This document shows, piece by piece, positions 43,631 to 57,330 of a stretch of DNA of 64,000 bases (position 1 is the stretch's first letter; each line of letters opens with the position of its first letter). The notes below the pieces were generated by a model that worked only from the letters and a program-made list of their open reading frames with translations, did no database searches and was not told where the DNA came from. Position numbers and translations under genes: made by a program. Source of the DNA: Amoebidium appalachense (lineage: Eukaryota > Protista > Ichthyosporea); NCBI GenBank assembly GCA_963693365.1, contig CAVNZM010000011.1:310001-374000 (forward strand), in the 5' to 3' direction.

Positions 43631-45421
43631 GGGCGTGCGGTTGTGCATGTGGGGCACGTTTGTGTGTGTGTATTAACAGTGCCACAGCACCTATTTGCAC
43701 CGTATGTGTGTGCTATCCGTGACATTGACCATGATCCCGGGCCTCCTCGTGTTTCACCTTGCGAGTACTCGTCCAAGCTTGGCCGTTGTAGCAAATGGGA
43801 ACTCTGGGCACAAACATGTTAAGCCTCAATAAACTAACCGCAACAAACTAACACCCGTGCTTTCGTCACGAGATATCCGTTGTTTCCGGGATTTCGAATT
43901 CAGCCAGCCCACACAACAGCATGCTAGCAAAACGTCTTCTGTTTCTGGCATCAACACCAAGGCCTCCTAATAAAACCTTCGCCTTCCCGTTATTGTAAAC
44001 AGCGTAAACGTCAAGCTTTATTGTATATTGCAGTCCAGGGGGCCGCTTGCTCATATAGGGCCTGATACTAGTGTAATGAATCCTGCAGTTGTTGGGAAGC
44101 GCTCAGCCTGCCCGTGCGCATGCGAGCGGCCGCGGCCGTGTTTTTGACTCTTGGTCTCCATGGATTCAAAGAGGAGGTGGGGCCCATAACAAAGAATAAG
44201 AAGCTAAATTTCAGAGCTTTGTTTTACTTATTAAAAAAGATCTGTACGCAGATGCATTTATAGAACACTGAGCATACAAAAATTATTTCATACCATCATG
44301 AAAAGAGAACCGATCCCTTTTTAGTAATGAGTATTCCTAAATAATTACTTTGTAGATCTTTTGTGAAGTCGTATTTGTTGTTTAGAGGGGTCTACACATG
44401 CTCCCTCATTTGCCATCATGGTGTTCTCCGAGCCAATCGTGTGCACATCTGTGGGGACTGAATGATGCCTGCATCACCACATTTGAACTACGGCGAAACA
44501 CGCCAAAACTCCATTTTCTGTGGCTTTATATGATTATTATTAAATACATAATTGTTTTGTTACAAATAACACCTTTACATCAACTTACATGATCTCTTAC
44601 AGTCTAGGATGCTTCGGAATTTAACGGGTCTGGAATCAATATTTGGGAAAGGTCGCTGCCAAATAAAGCTAGGAACCTTTATCTACGATTGGTTGTTGTG
44701 TTTCGGCAACAATGATTGGTTCGGGACGCATCAATCGTTCATGAGTGTAAACATGTTTTGTTAACGTTGGAAAACTCATGTTGTGCACTTGTGCTATTTT
44801 GTGTTACACTTCACATGGAAATTCCTGGGATATTTCTTGCCCTAAAGCAGCTGTTGTAAACTGCACATATTGGCGTGGATGTTTTTTGGTTTTTCTTAAG
44901 CCAGTAGTAACACCATATGCGCAAGGCCTTGATACGAACATCGCGTGCACATAGACACATGTGCATGTGCTTGCACCAGTCACTCGAGCTCTGCATTCCT
45001 TCGAGGGAGCAGTTTTTAGTCAGGACCACAAAGTTCGGCGTTGGTGTAGGCAGATATACGAGTGTTGGAACAATTGGAGGGTGCTGCAGCTGCATGAGCA
45101 TAGGCGTATGAGTTTATCGGGCACTGAAAACGTGTTGCCAGAATCGAATGCGGTGGACAGCCACCATATGCATACCAGCTGCCTAGGGGTTTTTTTTTAA
45201 TTTACTAACTACTAACTCGGTATTTCTGATTATGCGGTGCCGAAACCTTTCTTAGCTCACCACAAAACTTCAACAGTATTTTATTTAATACCATTTTTGT
45301 TACCCTTTAAGAGCATCATACGGATGTATGCTTAGCCGCCAGCTAGCAATTCGTTCCCTCCAGCCTAAGACGTTTTCAATCAGAGTACATAACACATATA
45401 TATATCAAGCACCCACCCACC

Positions 45422-47077
45422 ATGTCACACCTCGTGGGCAAGCCACTGCAAACCATCGGTAGTGAGACCGATCTACAGCACTTCACCGTGCAGCCAAAGG
45501 ACACATCGGGCACACAACCACGCAAGGATGGCCTTTCAAAGTCCACATCACGGGGCACCGTCGACTCTGTCATCAGCACGCCCAGCTCGCCAATCACAAC
45601 ACAAACCACCACCAGTGGGGGGACGCTCCCACGGCCGAAAGAACGAAGACTCAGTGTGGGCAGCCACGCAGGTGCCACGTACACATACAACAACTCCCCG
45701 TCCACCCTGCGCCGTGTGTCCCAGCAAAGCCAAACAGAGACCGTTTTGCGCAAAAACGTCAGCGTTATGTCCACTACGGCCACCAGTCTCATGAATGTGA
45801 ATGTGTCAGCACTATCCAAGGAGGAAGTGGAGGATCTGACCCACCGCACATTTGATGCCGAGTACCACCTGCGCACATTGGGCCTGTTTATTGTCCTTGT
45901 TGTTGTGCTGATAATCCAAGAGGCAATTGTGTGGCACCACAGCAGGCAGGTGACCAAGTACGACCCATTAAGCCGCGTCAAACTCGCAACAACAGACCTC
46001 CTGAGGACCTACGGCACCTTCACCCAGATCCGAGCAACAACAAACATGACCGAACCTATGGCCCTGGGCAATTTAAAGCTAGCCACGGGCCACCTAATAG
46101 GCAACGTGACGGCATTCAACAACATAGTGCACAATGCCACCCGTGATGGCTGGGAGGTATTTCGCATCCAGATCATCCCCACGGCACTCACATATGCAGA
46201 GCTTACAGTCATGGGGATGCTGGTGTTTATCAACCAGTCCCTCCCCTGGGTGCGCTCACGTGGCATGCAGTACATCTGGCTGCTGTCCGTCACGGCCATC
46301 CTACTGCTGACGTCATTAAGTCTGACGTCATGCAGCTATCTGCTCGTCCTGTTCAGGTTTCCTATTTTGGACATCAAAAACCCGGCGACATTGGACGAAT
46401 TGAAGCGGGTGGGCAAGAGGGTGATGGATGCGGGCACGGTGCTCAGTGTGTCCAACTTTATTTTGTGCTGCTGCTACTGCTCATCCATGGTGCAGCGCCA
46501 AAGGGTGATCTATCTGATCTTTGCAAGGTCTATCAAGGCCAGAAGGGTTAACTACATGTTGCCCTTCCCCCTAGCCTTTGTGGTGGGGGCCATAGCATGC
46601 ATCACCCCCTTTGTGTGGCGCTATCACTACGACTATGACCCATACAAGGTGGCTATTGGTCTGTCGGGTCTGTGGCTAATCGTGGTGGTCTATGCCTCGT
46701 GGCTGGCCTACTACATCTACCTATCCCGTCTGGCTACCACCGAGTTCTCCGATTTCTATCTTAATATCCGCCAGTGCGTGCTGATATTCCTCACCATATG
46801 CCCGTACCTCATCTACCTGTCCCTTAACCCGCTTGCCCTTAACGTCGGGTGGTGGGCGCTCGCGCGGTTTTCGATTACGGTCGGGGCGGGAGATCAGTTC
46901 TTATGCCAGTGGGTGCAGAAGAGATACAAGTACACGTTGGCTGGCCACCAGGCTAGCCACACTACAGGCACGAGTGTGTCTCACTCCCAGCACATGCCAA
47001 AGAGCACAAGCACACTGGCTATTGACAAGGTGTCGGCGCCAAACCTGGCCGAGTCCACGGAGATATCGAGGGTGTAG
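45422..47077 (+). CDS. Orphan multi-pass membrane protein, 551 aa, about 8 TM segments, 7TM-receptor-like core
   Basis: Long intronless non-repetitive ORF. Ser/Thr-rich N- and C-tails, one TM, a loop with NMT/NVT/NAT sequons, then about seven hydrophobic segments judged by eye. Confidence 0.85.
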   Translation: MSHLVGKPLQTIGSETDLQHFTVQPKDTSGTQPRKDGLSKSTSRGTVDSVISTPSSPITTQTTTSGGTLPRPKERRLSVGSHAGATYTYNNSPSTLRRVSQQSQTETVLRKNVSVMSTTATSLMNVNVSALSKEEVEDLTHRTFDAEYHLRTLGLFIVLVVVLIIQEAIVWHHSRQVTKYDPLSRVKLATTDLLRTYGTFTQIRATTNMTEPMALGNLKLATGHLIGNVTAFNNIVHNATRDGWEVFRIQIIPTALTYAELTVMGMLVFINQSLPWVRSRGMQYIWLLSVTAILLLTSLSLTSCSYLLVLFRFPILDIKNPATLDELKRVGKRVMDAGTVLSVSNFILCCCYCSSMVQRQRVIYLIFARSIKARRVNYMLPFPLAFVVGAIACITPFVWRYHYDYDPYKVAIGLSGLWLIVVVYASWLAYYIYLSRLATTEFSDFYLNIRQCVLIFLTICPYLIYLSLNPLALNVGWWALARFSITVGAGDQFLCQWVQKRYKYTLAGHQASHTTGTSVSHSQHMPKSTSTLAIDKVSAPNLAESTEISRV

Positions 47078-47941
47078 GGGGATACATAGTGTTGGTGTAT
47101 GGGCCACTAATCTTGTGCGGCTACGTGCGTGCACATGTGATTGTGTGTGTGTGTGTGTGGTGGTAATTCATTTGCGTCGGGGAGGGGGGGGGGGGGGGGG
47201 GGGGGGGGTCGTGTCAAAATATTCACTACGCCTTTTCCCAACCGTTCACAACTACAGAATGTATACGGCATTGGCAATACGTATCAAATTGTTTTTTTTT
47301 TTTAACATGTGTGTGAGCTTTCGAGAAGAGGGGTGCGTGGTGAAGGGATATTTTTGCCTGTGTGTAACTCGCTTCGTAGAGTTTCTATGTATGCACCGGG
47401 GGGGGGGGGGGGGGGGGGGGAGGGGGGACTTGAAACTGGCAGCTCCATTTGCTGCTGGGGCCAATCATTACAGGTTAGGTGGACTGATTATTCCATATGC
47501 ATGGCAATAAGACAACACTGATATAGTTATATATTGGTTGATTTGCGTGTCTGAGTTTTGAACAACAGCAGAAACTTTCAGAAAGACTTTTTCGTAGATT
47601 TTGAGGGGTTGCTTGTTGCACTTAGCCTATGATACAAGGTATATGTGTAAGTGGCATTAAGCTCTTCATTAGAAACTATCAAATAGAATACTGCATGTGT
47701 GTATCAATGATACTGGTGGATAAGTCCATGAGGATATCGAGTTTGACGAGTAGAAATAAAAGTTGACTGCGGTGTCTGGTGCTGTGCATTAGACACTTAT
47801 CTTTCTCACTTGGGCACGCAAAAACACACACATACGACACACAACATACACGTGCATGCATGCACACATCCACTCACTTGTTGCACACCGCAGCGCACAC
47901 CGTGGCACCCACACGCGCGCGCACCGTGCCCCTTCCCTCCC

Positions 47942-47994
<53 letters not shown>

Positions 47995-48309
47995 CTGCCT
48001 CGCCCTCCCAGCCCCGCCCTTGCCCACCTAAACCCACACGCACGGTGGCACCCACACATCCACACACACACATGCGCTGCTTGTATGCATGTGAGCCCCC
48101 TATTTAATTCTGCCACTGCATACCATCGCCATCCCAACAGCCCATTCCCTCATCACACCTACGGGAAATCCCTTACTCACCCCCCCAACCCCCCCCCCTC
48201 CCCCATCCCCTGCCTTGGCACCAGCGATCTTCTGGTTCCTCACGCGTGGCCTCTCTGCTCTCCTGCCCCCCCCCCCCCCCCCCCCTCCCCCCTACCCACT
48301 CGGTTTCTC

Positions 48310-48459
48310 ACGTACTCTGCATGCCCCATTCCCCCTTGTCCCCCGCTTTCTTCTTGGATGTGCTGCATGCTCAGAGCATGCCCTTCCCCTCCCCCCCCCC
48401 TCCCCCCCCCCCTCCCGGGCCCCCTTTTTATGTGCTGCATGCCCGATTTCCTTTCGAAT

Positions 48460-48497
<38 letters not shown>

Positions 48498-48790
48498 TTT
48501 CCCGTCTTCATGTACTACCTGCCCCATTCCCCTCCCCTCCCCTCCTCCTCCTGGCACCTGTCCGCCTTCTTCTAGAATGCTTTGCATGCCAAATCCCCTT
48601 CCACCTCTCCACCCCCCCCCCCCCCCCCTCCCGAAAACCCCCGGCCCCCTCCTATATGCGCCGCAAGCTCAATCCACTCCCCCCCCCCCCCCCCCCCTCC
48701 CCCCTTCATATGTGCTGCATGCCCAATTCCCCCCTCCCCCCTCCCCCCTCCCCCTCCGCCTTCTCAGATAGTATGTGCTGCATGCCCGAG
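48310..48790. repeat. Degenerate minisatellite: TATGTGCTGCATGCCC-type core x about 8, separated by C-rich tracts
   Basis: Core variants at about 48312, 48358, 48430, 48510, 48577, 48653, 48710 and 48772. Confidence 0.75.
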
Positions 48791-49346
48791 TCGTCTTCAA
48801 CCCTCCTCCTCTCCACGTGCCTGCATAACTAGTTCCTCCAGCACGAACACATTAACGTATCCACGGGCCATAGGTGCCTCCCCTCCTTCTCTCCTGCCCC
48901 CAGTGGGCGCCCCCTCCCCCCCCCCCCCCCCTCCCCCCTCCTCCATCGGCTATCCCCCCCCCCTCCCCCCCCATTTGCATCCCCCCCCCCCCCCCCCCCC
49001 CCCCCCCCATCCTGCCTAACCTCCTCCCCCTCCCCCTCCCCTCCCCCCCACACACAAACACACACGCGCGCGCACACAAAAAAACATGCCCACATACCAA
49101 CCTGGATAATTCAAAAAGAACTGCTATGCGAAAGTTGAGAGACAAGGGAAAGAGATAGTGCACATGCATGGGCATGATATGGCACCAATAGGAATCCTTC
49201 CAAAAGTGAGGCCCCCATATTCGTGGCTTGTACAGTAGGGTATGGGGACATACCGTGTGAGCTGTGAGGGAAGGCGAATATGCAGCCTGAGGGGGTTCGT
49301 TGTGGATGGTGTTGGTTCCGGTGCTGCTGGTGGTGGCGATGTGTGT

Positions 49347-49377
<31 letters not shown>

Positions 49378-49840
49378 GGGGGGGAGGGAGGGGGAGAGAG
49401 GGAGAGGGGGGGGGGAGGGCGGGGAAGAAGCGCACCATGTGTGGAACACATCGAAGATACGACTGTGCATGTGCATATGGGTGGCATCTTCGGCTAAAAT
49501 GAGGCCAGTGGGTGAGTGGGTGGGCGGAAGGGTGGCAGTGTGTGTGTTCCCCGTGGGGGCTTGGAGGGGGGGGATGAATTGAGTGGGAAGGGCAGGGGGG
49601 TGAGTGTGAGGGGAGGGAGGGAGGTGGGGAGATTGCCTTCAAAGGTAGGTAGGAAACTGTTGTTGCCATCAGACCATAGGAGGAAGTATAGAGAAGACCG
49701 GGTGGGTGTGAGTGGGAAAGGTGGGAAGGGGGGGGGGGGGGGGGGGGGGGGGAGGTGGAAAGAGCGAGCCTTCGAGGAAAGACAGTCACGTCAGGTTGAT
49801 CACCGACAAGTCGGGTGGCGGGATTTGCCTTGAGCAGCGG

Positions 49841-49961
<121 letters not shown>

Positions 49962-51327
49962 TGGGGGGGGGGGGGGGGTTGGGAGGGATGCATGGATTGG
50001 CTTAGGGGATCTTAAGGCCTAACGGCAGGGAGGGTCACGGCCCAGCCACGTGGCTTATCAATGACCATATATGGATAAACACGGCTCAATGGCAGGAAAA
50101 AAAAGGGTTTCATTGTACACGTCACCGGGCATTTTTGAACTCCAGTTGGAAAGAAACGAGTGTGCAAGGGGAACCAGCATGGGAGGAGGGGGAAGGGATG
50201 GTGCATAAGAGGGGACACTGGGTGCTGGGCCATGGTATATATTGAGGAGGCACATTGAGCTGGAGGGAGGGGGGTAGAAAATACCTCCCAGTCTCCCTCC
50301 TAAAAAATCTAGTTGCTGTTCTCTCCCATTCTCCCCCCTCCCCCTCCTGTGTCCCCCCCTCCCCCCCTCCACCCCCAAAATCCCCGCCATTCCGGAGGAT
50401 TAGAATCGCTGTGTGAATTTGTCCGCGCGACTTGTTCTATGCACCATCACATGTGAAATTTCTTAGCCTTTAAGGGGTGGGGCTCCAACCAAAACCACTG
50501 AGGCTGGTGTTATTTCTTCCGTTGCGTCAAGTCTTACTTGCAGTGCGTGGGTGGATATCGGCCATATGGATGAACTCAGTAACAACTCAGTTGATTTCAT
50601 TCAGCGACACTACAAAATCCAATACCGTTGTGTATTCTCACGCAGTGCAGCGTCACATGTACTAGGCGCAGATGGATACCAGAGAGCAGCTCGGGGGACA
50701 GACCAACGAGAACACTATCTATATCAGCACAGGTCTTTGTAGGGAGTTGGGGGGGGAGGGGGGGGGGGAGGGGGAGGGGGGAAGGGGGGCTTGGGCTGAA
50801 AACTTTGGGCATCATGGGTCATATATCTCTGGCAGTCACAAATAGTGATCTGTGAGCCATGGGCTGCAATGCACAGCAGAGCATGTGGGTCACAAAATGA
50901 TGAGCCGCGCGCGCGATGCAAGAACATGTGTACGTCCTCGCCCTTGCATGTGTGTGTAAACGGATTTGCCCATGATTGTGTCCGAGTGCGTGCGTGAGTG
51001 TGAGTGCGTGGGTGTGCGCGTGGGTGTGTGTGTGCTGGTGCCTGTGTGTGTGTGTGTGTGTGTGTGGTGGGTTTACGTGTGTGTGTCGGTGAGGCTGTGT
51101 GTGTGTGTGTGTGTGTTTGCCAGCTGTGTAGGTTGTGCAAGCCCATATGATCCGACACTTGAGTGTGTGCACAAGGACACCACACGCTGCATTTATATAG
51201 TCTCGGTGTCTGACTGATTGAGTAACTATTGGTGCATAGTCATTTTTGTTACGTTGGCAGGATGTCTCAGCAACACGTTTTCATGACTCTAAACGAATTA
51301 TAAGTACACAAAAATACTTACTCTGCA

Positions 51328-51560
51328 CTATTGGCTATAACGGCACCGACTAATTCAAAAGTGACGCATTTTGATTGACCGATACACTATTGGTGGATCA
51401 CGACCAATCATAATATGAGTAATCAACATGCGTGGCTCATATTTGCCGCTTTCGATGGCTCTCAGGCCTTCCTATTGGTAGAGCGTCCCTCCTGGATCAC
51501 GGTAGTAAACCCAATCAAAACGCACAAAGAATGGCGAATTCTCACGCATCCAATAGCAAC
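51328..51560. promoter_or_regulatory. Cluster of CCAAT/ATTGG boxes about 1 kb upstream of the desaturase
   Basis: CTATTGG x3, CCAATCA x2, CCAATAG and GGATCACG x2 within about 230 bp; includes CGACCAATCATAA at 51401-51413. Confidence 0.45.
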
Positions 51561-52513
51561 TGTCCTTGCTGCGGCCATTAGATGGCTTTTTTATGTTTCT
51601 CTCCTTCCATAGTCAAATTAATTATGAATATTATGGCTAAATGCTATATAGTGTGAGGTATTAGAAAATAGGGGATGAATGCTAAATGTATTCTACATTA
51701 ATATAAGGGATCTAATAGGCCTAGTGCAAGAGGATCTACACCGGGAAGTAATCGGGTCTCTGCACAGGTCATGTGCTCGCACATTCCATCTTCCCCCTGT
51801 GTACACAAAACCAGACACACGCGTGTACATCGCTCACACACACACCCAGGCGTGTATCATCAGGTAGCCTTTCTTGACTTTCCTTACTGCACGTGTTATT
51901 AGGTTCTTAAGCGGGTTGGGTACACACGCTCTGTGTGCGTAGGGCTTATACCGGGACGCATAATTTGCGTGTCCGCAATCGTTGTTTTAGCTTCTTTGTT
52001 GCACACACGGGACGCGGGGGACGTTACACATCACATCACTGTCCTCGCTAGGTGAATCATTGGGCATGTGGCACCACTCACATGCGGCTCCGGTACACGA
52101 CTCAGTGGTCATACGACATTCTGCTACTATAACTGCATGCATGCTTGCCAGCAAACGAACATGCGCACATACACACGGTGCACAAGCAAACAACGTGCAT
52201 TCAAGCACGCACACCATGCACGTAAAAGGATTACCCCGGAGATACACATATTACATGGGCACTCCTATAGTTGCAGGACGTTCCTTTTGCCACACGCGCT
52301 CACAAACAGCCGAGCGTACTCAAGGAAACACTGTATATATAGTCTGTGTCTGAGCCGTGTTGTGAACGGTGGCCACTGTTCTCCAGATCTTTTATCTCAC
52401 TCTCTGCCTTTGCACTCTTGCCCACGCCTGGTCACACACAACAAACACACGCACACACAACACACACACCCACGGACACACACGCGCGCCCACACACGCA
52501 AGCAGCAGCCGCC

Positions 52514-55500
52514 ATGCCTCCCCACGCCCCAGCTTCGACGCTGCCCGATGACAAGATCTCGGTGCTTGTGTCCAGCGTGCCGGCCAAGCTGAGCCCCCGC
52601 CTGTGGTATGTCCACGGCAAGGCCTACGACTTCACGTCCTTCGTCAAGTCCCACCCCGGTGGTGAGAAGGCCATCCTTCTCGGCCAAGGTACTGTGTGCA
52701 CTATGCTTCCTCATGGTGCTTTGGGTAGAGTTGTGGGTCTGTGTGGGCGGGACAGTAGAGTCCGGGCGACTCTGGGACCCACGTCTCACGTGTGGCTGCA
52801 GGGCGCGACTGCACGGAGCTGTTCGAGTCGTACCACACATATCTGCCGTCGGACAAGATCCTAGACAAGTACCAGGTCGCAGACACGGCAAAGTATGCCG
52901 TCACAAAGGTGGGTGCCTGTGTGCACCTGTGTGTTTATGTGTGCGGGTTATTGTTATTATTTCTTTTTTTTTGGGGGGGGGGGGGGGGGGAACTGGCATG
53001 GGTGATGTGCAGTGAAAAACGCCCGGTTTGGCCTTCTATGTGTTCGTATCCGACCTGTCTGCTACTGCTTTTTTGAAGCCTGGGGGGTTGCAATATATGG
53101 TGCAAGGGGGAGGACCGGGGAGGGGGAGTGGGGAGAACTTGCCGGGACCGGGGCAGGGGGAGAAATTTGACGAGGAAAGCTCACGTGCTGGTGTGCAGGG
53201 TGACAGCAACGACCTGCAGCTGGCACCCGAGACGGTGGTCTTCACGTTCAAGGAGAATGACTTCTACCGCACGCTCAAGCGCAGAGCAGCTGACTACTTC
53301 AAGAAGAACAAGCTGTCCACAAAGGTGGGTGCACAAATAGCCACACGAACGGGGTGCTTGGTAATGTGCATATCCACACGGCAAGCATGTACACGGGAAG
53401 CACGTATATACACGCATGGGTGATGCTGCACATGTGCATACACCATGCTAGGCTCAACTGATAGCCGATGCCTATGCTTGTACACCCTAGCACATCATGG
53501 TGCTTGCATGGCACGCACTAGGACATGCACGAGTATGGCTACACTCGCACAGACCCAACGATTACCCCGACGGGCATACCTATGTCCCACAGGAGATCTG
53601 CCTTTGTAGACTCTTGTGCAAGAAACACAGCAGTCGGTAGAGCTGCACTTGCCAGCTGGCTTTCCAAACACCTTCGGACGATTGCACATTACCCGCAGGC
53701 CCCCTTACTTATACGTAGTTTCTCCAGCATGCGTGTGATGGTGGTGGTGGTGGTGGTTGCGGTGTGTGTGTGTGTGTTGGGGGGGGGGGGGGGGGGGGGG
53801 GGATGGGGGGAAGGGAGACGATACACACAAGGGCACAAACATGTACGTGGGCACAGGTATCTACATACACTGGATGCAATCTCTTGCCTGTGCCACGATC
53901 GTTCGTGTCGCATGGCTCCAGCTGGCATAGCACCACACCCAGACAGCTCTGCGATAAACTTGTTTCTCAAAGCTATACACGTGCCATCAACCCCAATGCT
54001 CACATGCTCACACATGCACGCACACACACACATACACACACACTCGCTCATACTCACACACATCCATGCACACGCACACGCACGAACGCACACACATACA
54101 CACACACTCACTCACACACATTCACACACACACAGGCGCCACTGACGCACAAGCTCGTTGGTGTGCTCAACATCATCGCCATGGCGGTGTTTGCCTACCT
54201 GGGCTTCTACAAGGGCATCTACATCTTTGCTGCCCTGCAGGGTCTGTGCCGTGCCATGATCATTGTGCGCGACACCCATGCGGCCAGCCACTATGCATGG
54301 AGCGAGAACCCCACGGTTAACCAGTGGATGTACCGCATTGCCATGGCTTTTGCAGGCACCAGCCCGTCCCAGTGGACCTCCAAGCACGTCATTGCCCACC
54401 ACATCGACACGAACATCACCCCCGTCGATGATGATACCATGTGCGTCATCTACCCCCATCAACCCTCCCCCCCCCCCCAAACACACATGCACACCACGGG
54501 GTGGCTACCAGGGAGATGCGCTTACGCCTTTGCAGATTGTACGCACTTGCCCCACACATGGGCATATGGTTGGACACGTCCAGACACGGTAGCACCACCA
54601 CACTCAGCATTCAGCTGTGCACTAGGCAAGCATCGGAGGAATGATCTGTTCAACAGGACCACCCATCACCACCCAGCATCTCTTTCTCACACCCCATTCG
54701 CCATGTCTCAGGTGGCCCATCAAGCGTGTGCTGCCGGACCTACCCCGCTACCCCTACCATGCGTTCCAGCACCTCTACATCTGGGTGTTCTACTGCTTCA
54801 CCCTGCTGGCATGGACCACCAGCGACATCATCAAGCTGGCAGTGGGCTCACACTACGAGGGTACCACTAAGATCCTGCACTTCTCAACGGTACACACCCC
54901 AGGATTTTTTTTTTGTGTGTGTGTTTGTGTGCCTGTGTGTGCCTCTGCCTGCGTGTGTGCCTATGTGTCTTCAATGGCCTTGTGAAGTGCCAGGGTGGGG
55001 ATGTGTATGGGCTTAAGGAACACATGTTCTCACTTAGACAGGTGATGCTATCGCTTTCACCCCACCATCCGCACTGAGCATCTATCAGTTATCTGGGCAT
55101 TAGATGAGCTCTCACCCACCTGCTACCCCCCCAGGCCGACTGGATCGAGACCTATGGCTCGTACGTCTTCCATGTCTCCTACCGCATGGTGCTTCCCTTT
55201 GCCTCTCTGCCCTTCAACCAGGCCCTTATTGTGTTCTTGCTTGGGGAGGTGTGTGCCTCTCTGGCCTTTGTGACTCAATTTGTGGTCAACCACGAGGTGG
55301 AGGTGGCCGTCCAGCCCGTGTCTGAGAGTACGTGCTTACTATTCTCCCCCCCCCCCCCCCCCCCCCTTTCCCCCCTTTCCCTCCTAAGAAAGTAAAGAAA
55401 AGAAAAGAAAGAAATCCACCACCCCACCTCTACCTCTCCCTTTCCGGTATACACGTACTGGTGTGATATTTTTTGTTGTTGTTGTTGTTTTGGGTGCGAC

Positions 55501-56551
55501 ACATAAGTAGGAGCGCGCAAACACAGGCTTGTGAATGCACACCACGGATTCATCTAGACGTGTACGTGCTATAAAAACATTACCAGCGCCCACTTTCAAT
55601 GCAACCCCTGACTTCCCGATTCCCTGCATGCAGGCCGTGACAAGCAGAAGTCAGTCAACGACCTGGATGGCAGAGGTATGCTTTCATGCTACTCCCGCTT
55701 TTGGGGTCATCTCAATGACAACTTTGCATGCAAGCTCGCACGCACACCTACACACACACTTTCACACACACGCACACACTCACTCACTCACTCACTCACT
55801 CACTCACACACAACCGCGCGAACGGGCACATGCCGGCGGGCGCACATACACAACTCACACTCACACACACACGCACATGTAGCCCGGTGTGTTGCTTGCA
55901 GAGCCATTGTATGGTTACGCAAGCATGAACGCGAAAGCACCAGCGCTCTTTCCCTGTGATTCTATGTTCCCAACATCATTTAGAACAGATCTGCTTGGAC
56001 CCCCCCCCCACCCCCCACCCCCTCTCTTTGGAAAAAAATTATTATACTCTATTTTTTTCCAAAGTATAAAAGAACGGGGTCTACTGACTCTGGCAATACT
56101 TGTGCATCCTTTTCGTGTCTGCCTACCAGTACCTATTGCACTTAGTACCCTCTACTGCATTCCATTCCATCCCCCCCCCCTCCCCCTCCCTGGCACCCCT
56201 TTTTACAGATTAGCTCAGTATCCCCAACTGCAAGCATATCATTGCGCGATCCCCATGCATCAACACATTTCCTAACCCTCTATCGCCACAGACTGGGGCA
56301 TACACCAGGTGCAGACCAGCCACGACTATGCCGTGCCCTCTGCCTTCTGGCTCAACTCCTCGGGTGGCCTCAATCTGCAGATCGAACACCACCTGTTCCC
56401 CTCGGTGCACTTCAGCCACTATGCTGAGCTCAAGAAGATCACCCAGGAGACATGCAAGGAGTTTGGCCTTCAGTACAACAGCTCCCCCACCCTGCTGGCC
56501 GCACTGGTGGCACATGCTGACCACCTCAAGAAGATGGGCCAGGCCGCTTAA
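52514..56551 (+). CDS. Cytochrome b5-fused front-end fatty acid desaturase (delta-5-like), about 461 aa, 8 exons (52514-52688, 52802-52908, 53199-53324, 54136-54440, 54712-54889, 55135-55327, 55634-55675, 56292-56551)
   Basis: HPGG heme motif and GRDCTELFESYH; His boxes HAASH, HVIAHH and QIEHHLFP; DWGIHQVQTSHDY. All introns GT-AG with consistent phases; total 1386 nt. Regiospecificity is not determinable from sequence alone. Confidence 0.95.
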
Positions 56552-57330
56552 AATAGATGCACGGTCTAATTATAGTTTAGGTCGTAAGAGTAGCATGGGC
56601 GCGGACTATAGCAGGTATGCTGCTGGTGCTTTAATGACGCAGTGGTGTTGTATATAAGAGCGGGCCTGTGGCCCTTATGGGGACTTAAAGTAGCTGCTGA
56701 GGACGCTTGGTATTTGGGTGTGTCTTTGTGGCTTGACGCTGGGCCGGCCCGGCGGTTTTTTGATGGTCATGTGTGGCCTGTTGCTTGCAAACAAATACGG
56801 TGTGGTAACACAAATCATGTGTGCCTTGTCTGACCAAGCTGGCCCAAAATAAAGGCCATGGGTTTGCAGACGTGTCTTCCTGGAGGCAAATAATTATGTA
56901 CGTGACCCGTGGAAATTTCAACTTGGAGTCGGTATATCATGTGACCTGTGGCGGTTGCAACCATGCAGGGCTGCACACTGTGGGTGCTGGTAGAACCACC
57001 GGCAGCTGTTTGAATACGTACAGCTGTGCCTGCGCTGGCGCCTAAAACAACCTGCTGGAAGTGTCACGTGTGCATCCTGTATGCACCCCGTATATTGATA
57101 TACAGCCCGCTTAATGATGCACTTAGCAAGGCCTCCCGAGGGTTTTTGCGCATGAATATACAAGTAGGTCTGGGCGCCCGCTTCACGCGCGCCAAATGAA
57201 GAGCTTTTAGACAAGTTACAGTATTTTTAATGCGACTGGTACCAGCACACTACAAAATAAATGCCCGGGTTTGTTTACTAGTGACGAAACTCAGCTGGCG
57301 CCCCTGGTGTACGTGCTGACTTGTGTTAGG

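Noticed and set aside
48310-48790. Repeat-spacer-like pattern
   Set aside because: Repeats are degenerate and the spacers are poly-C tracts.
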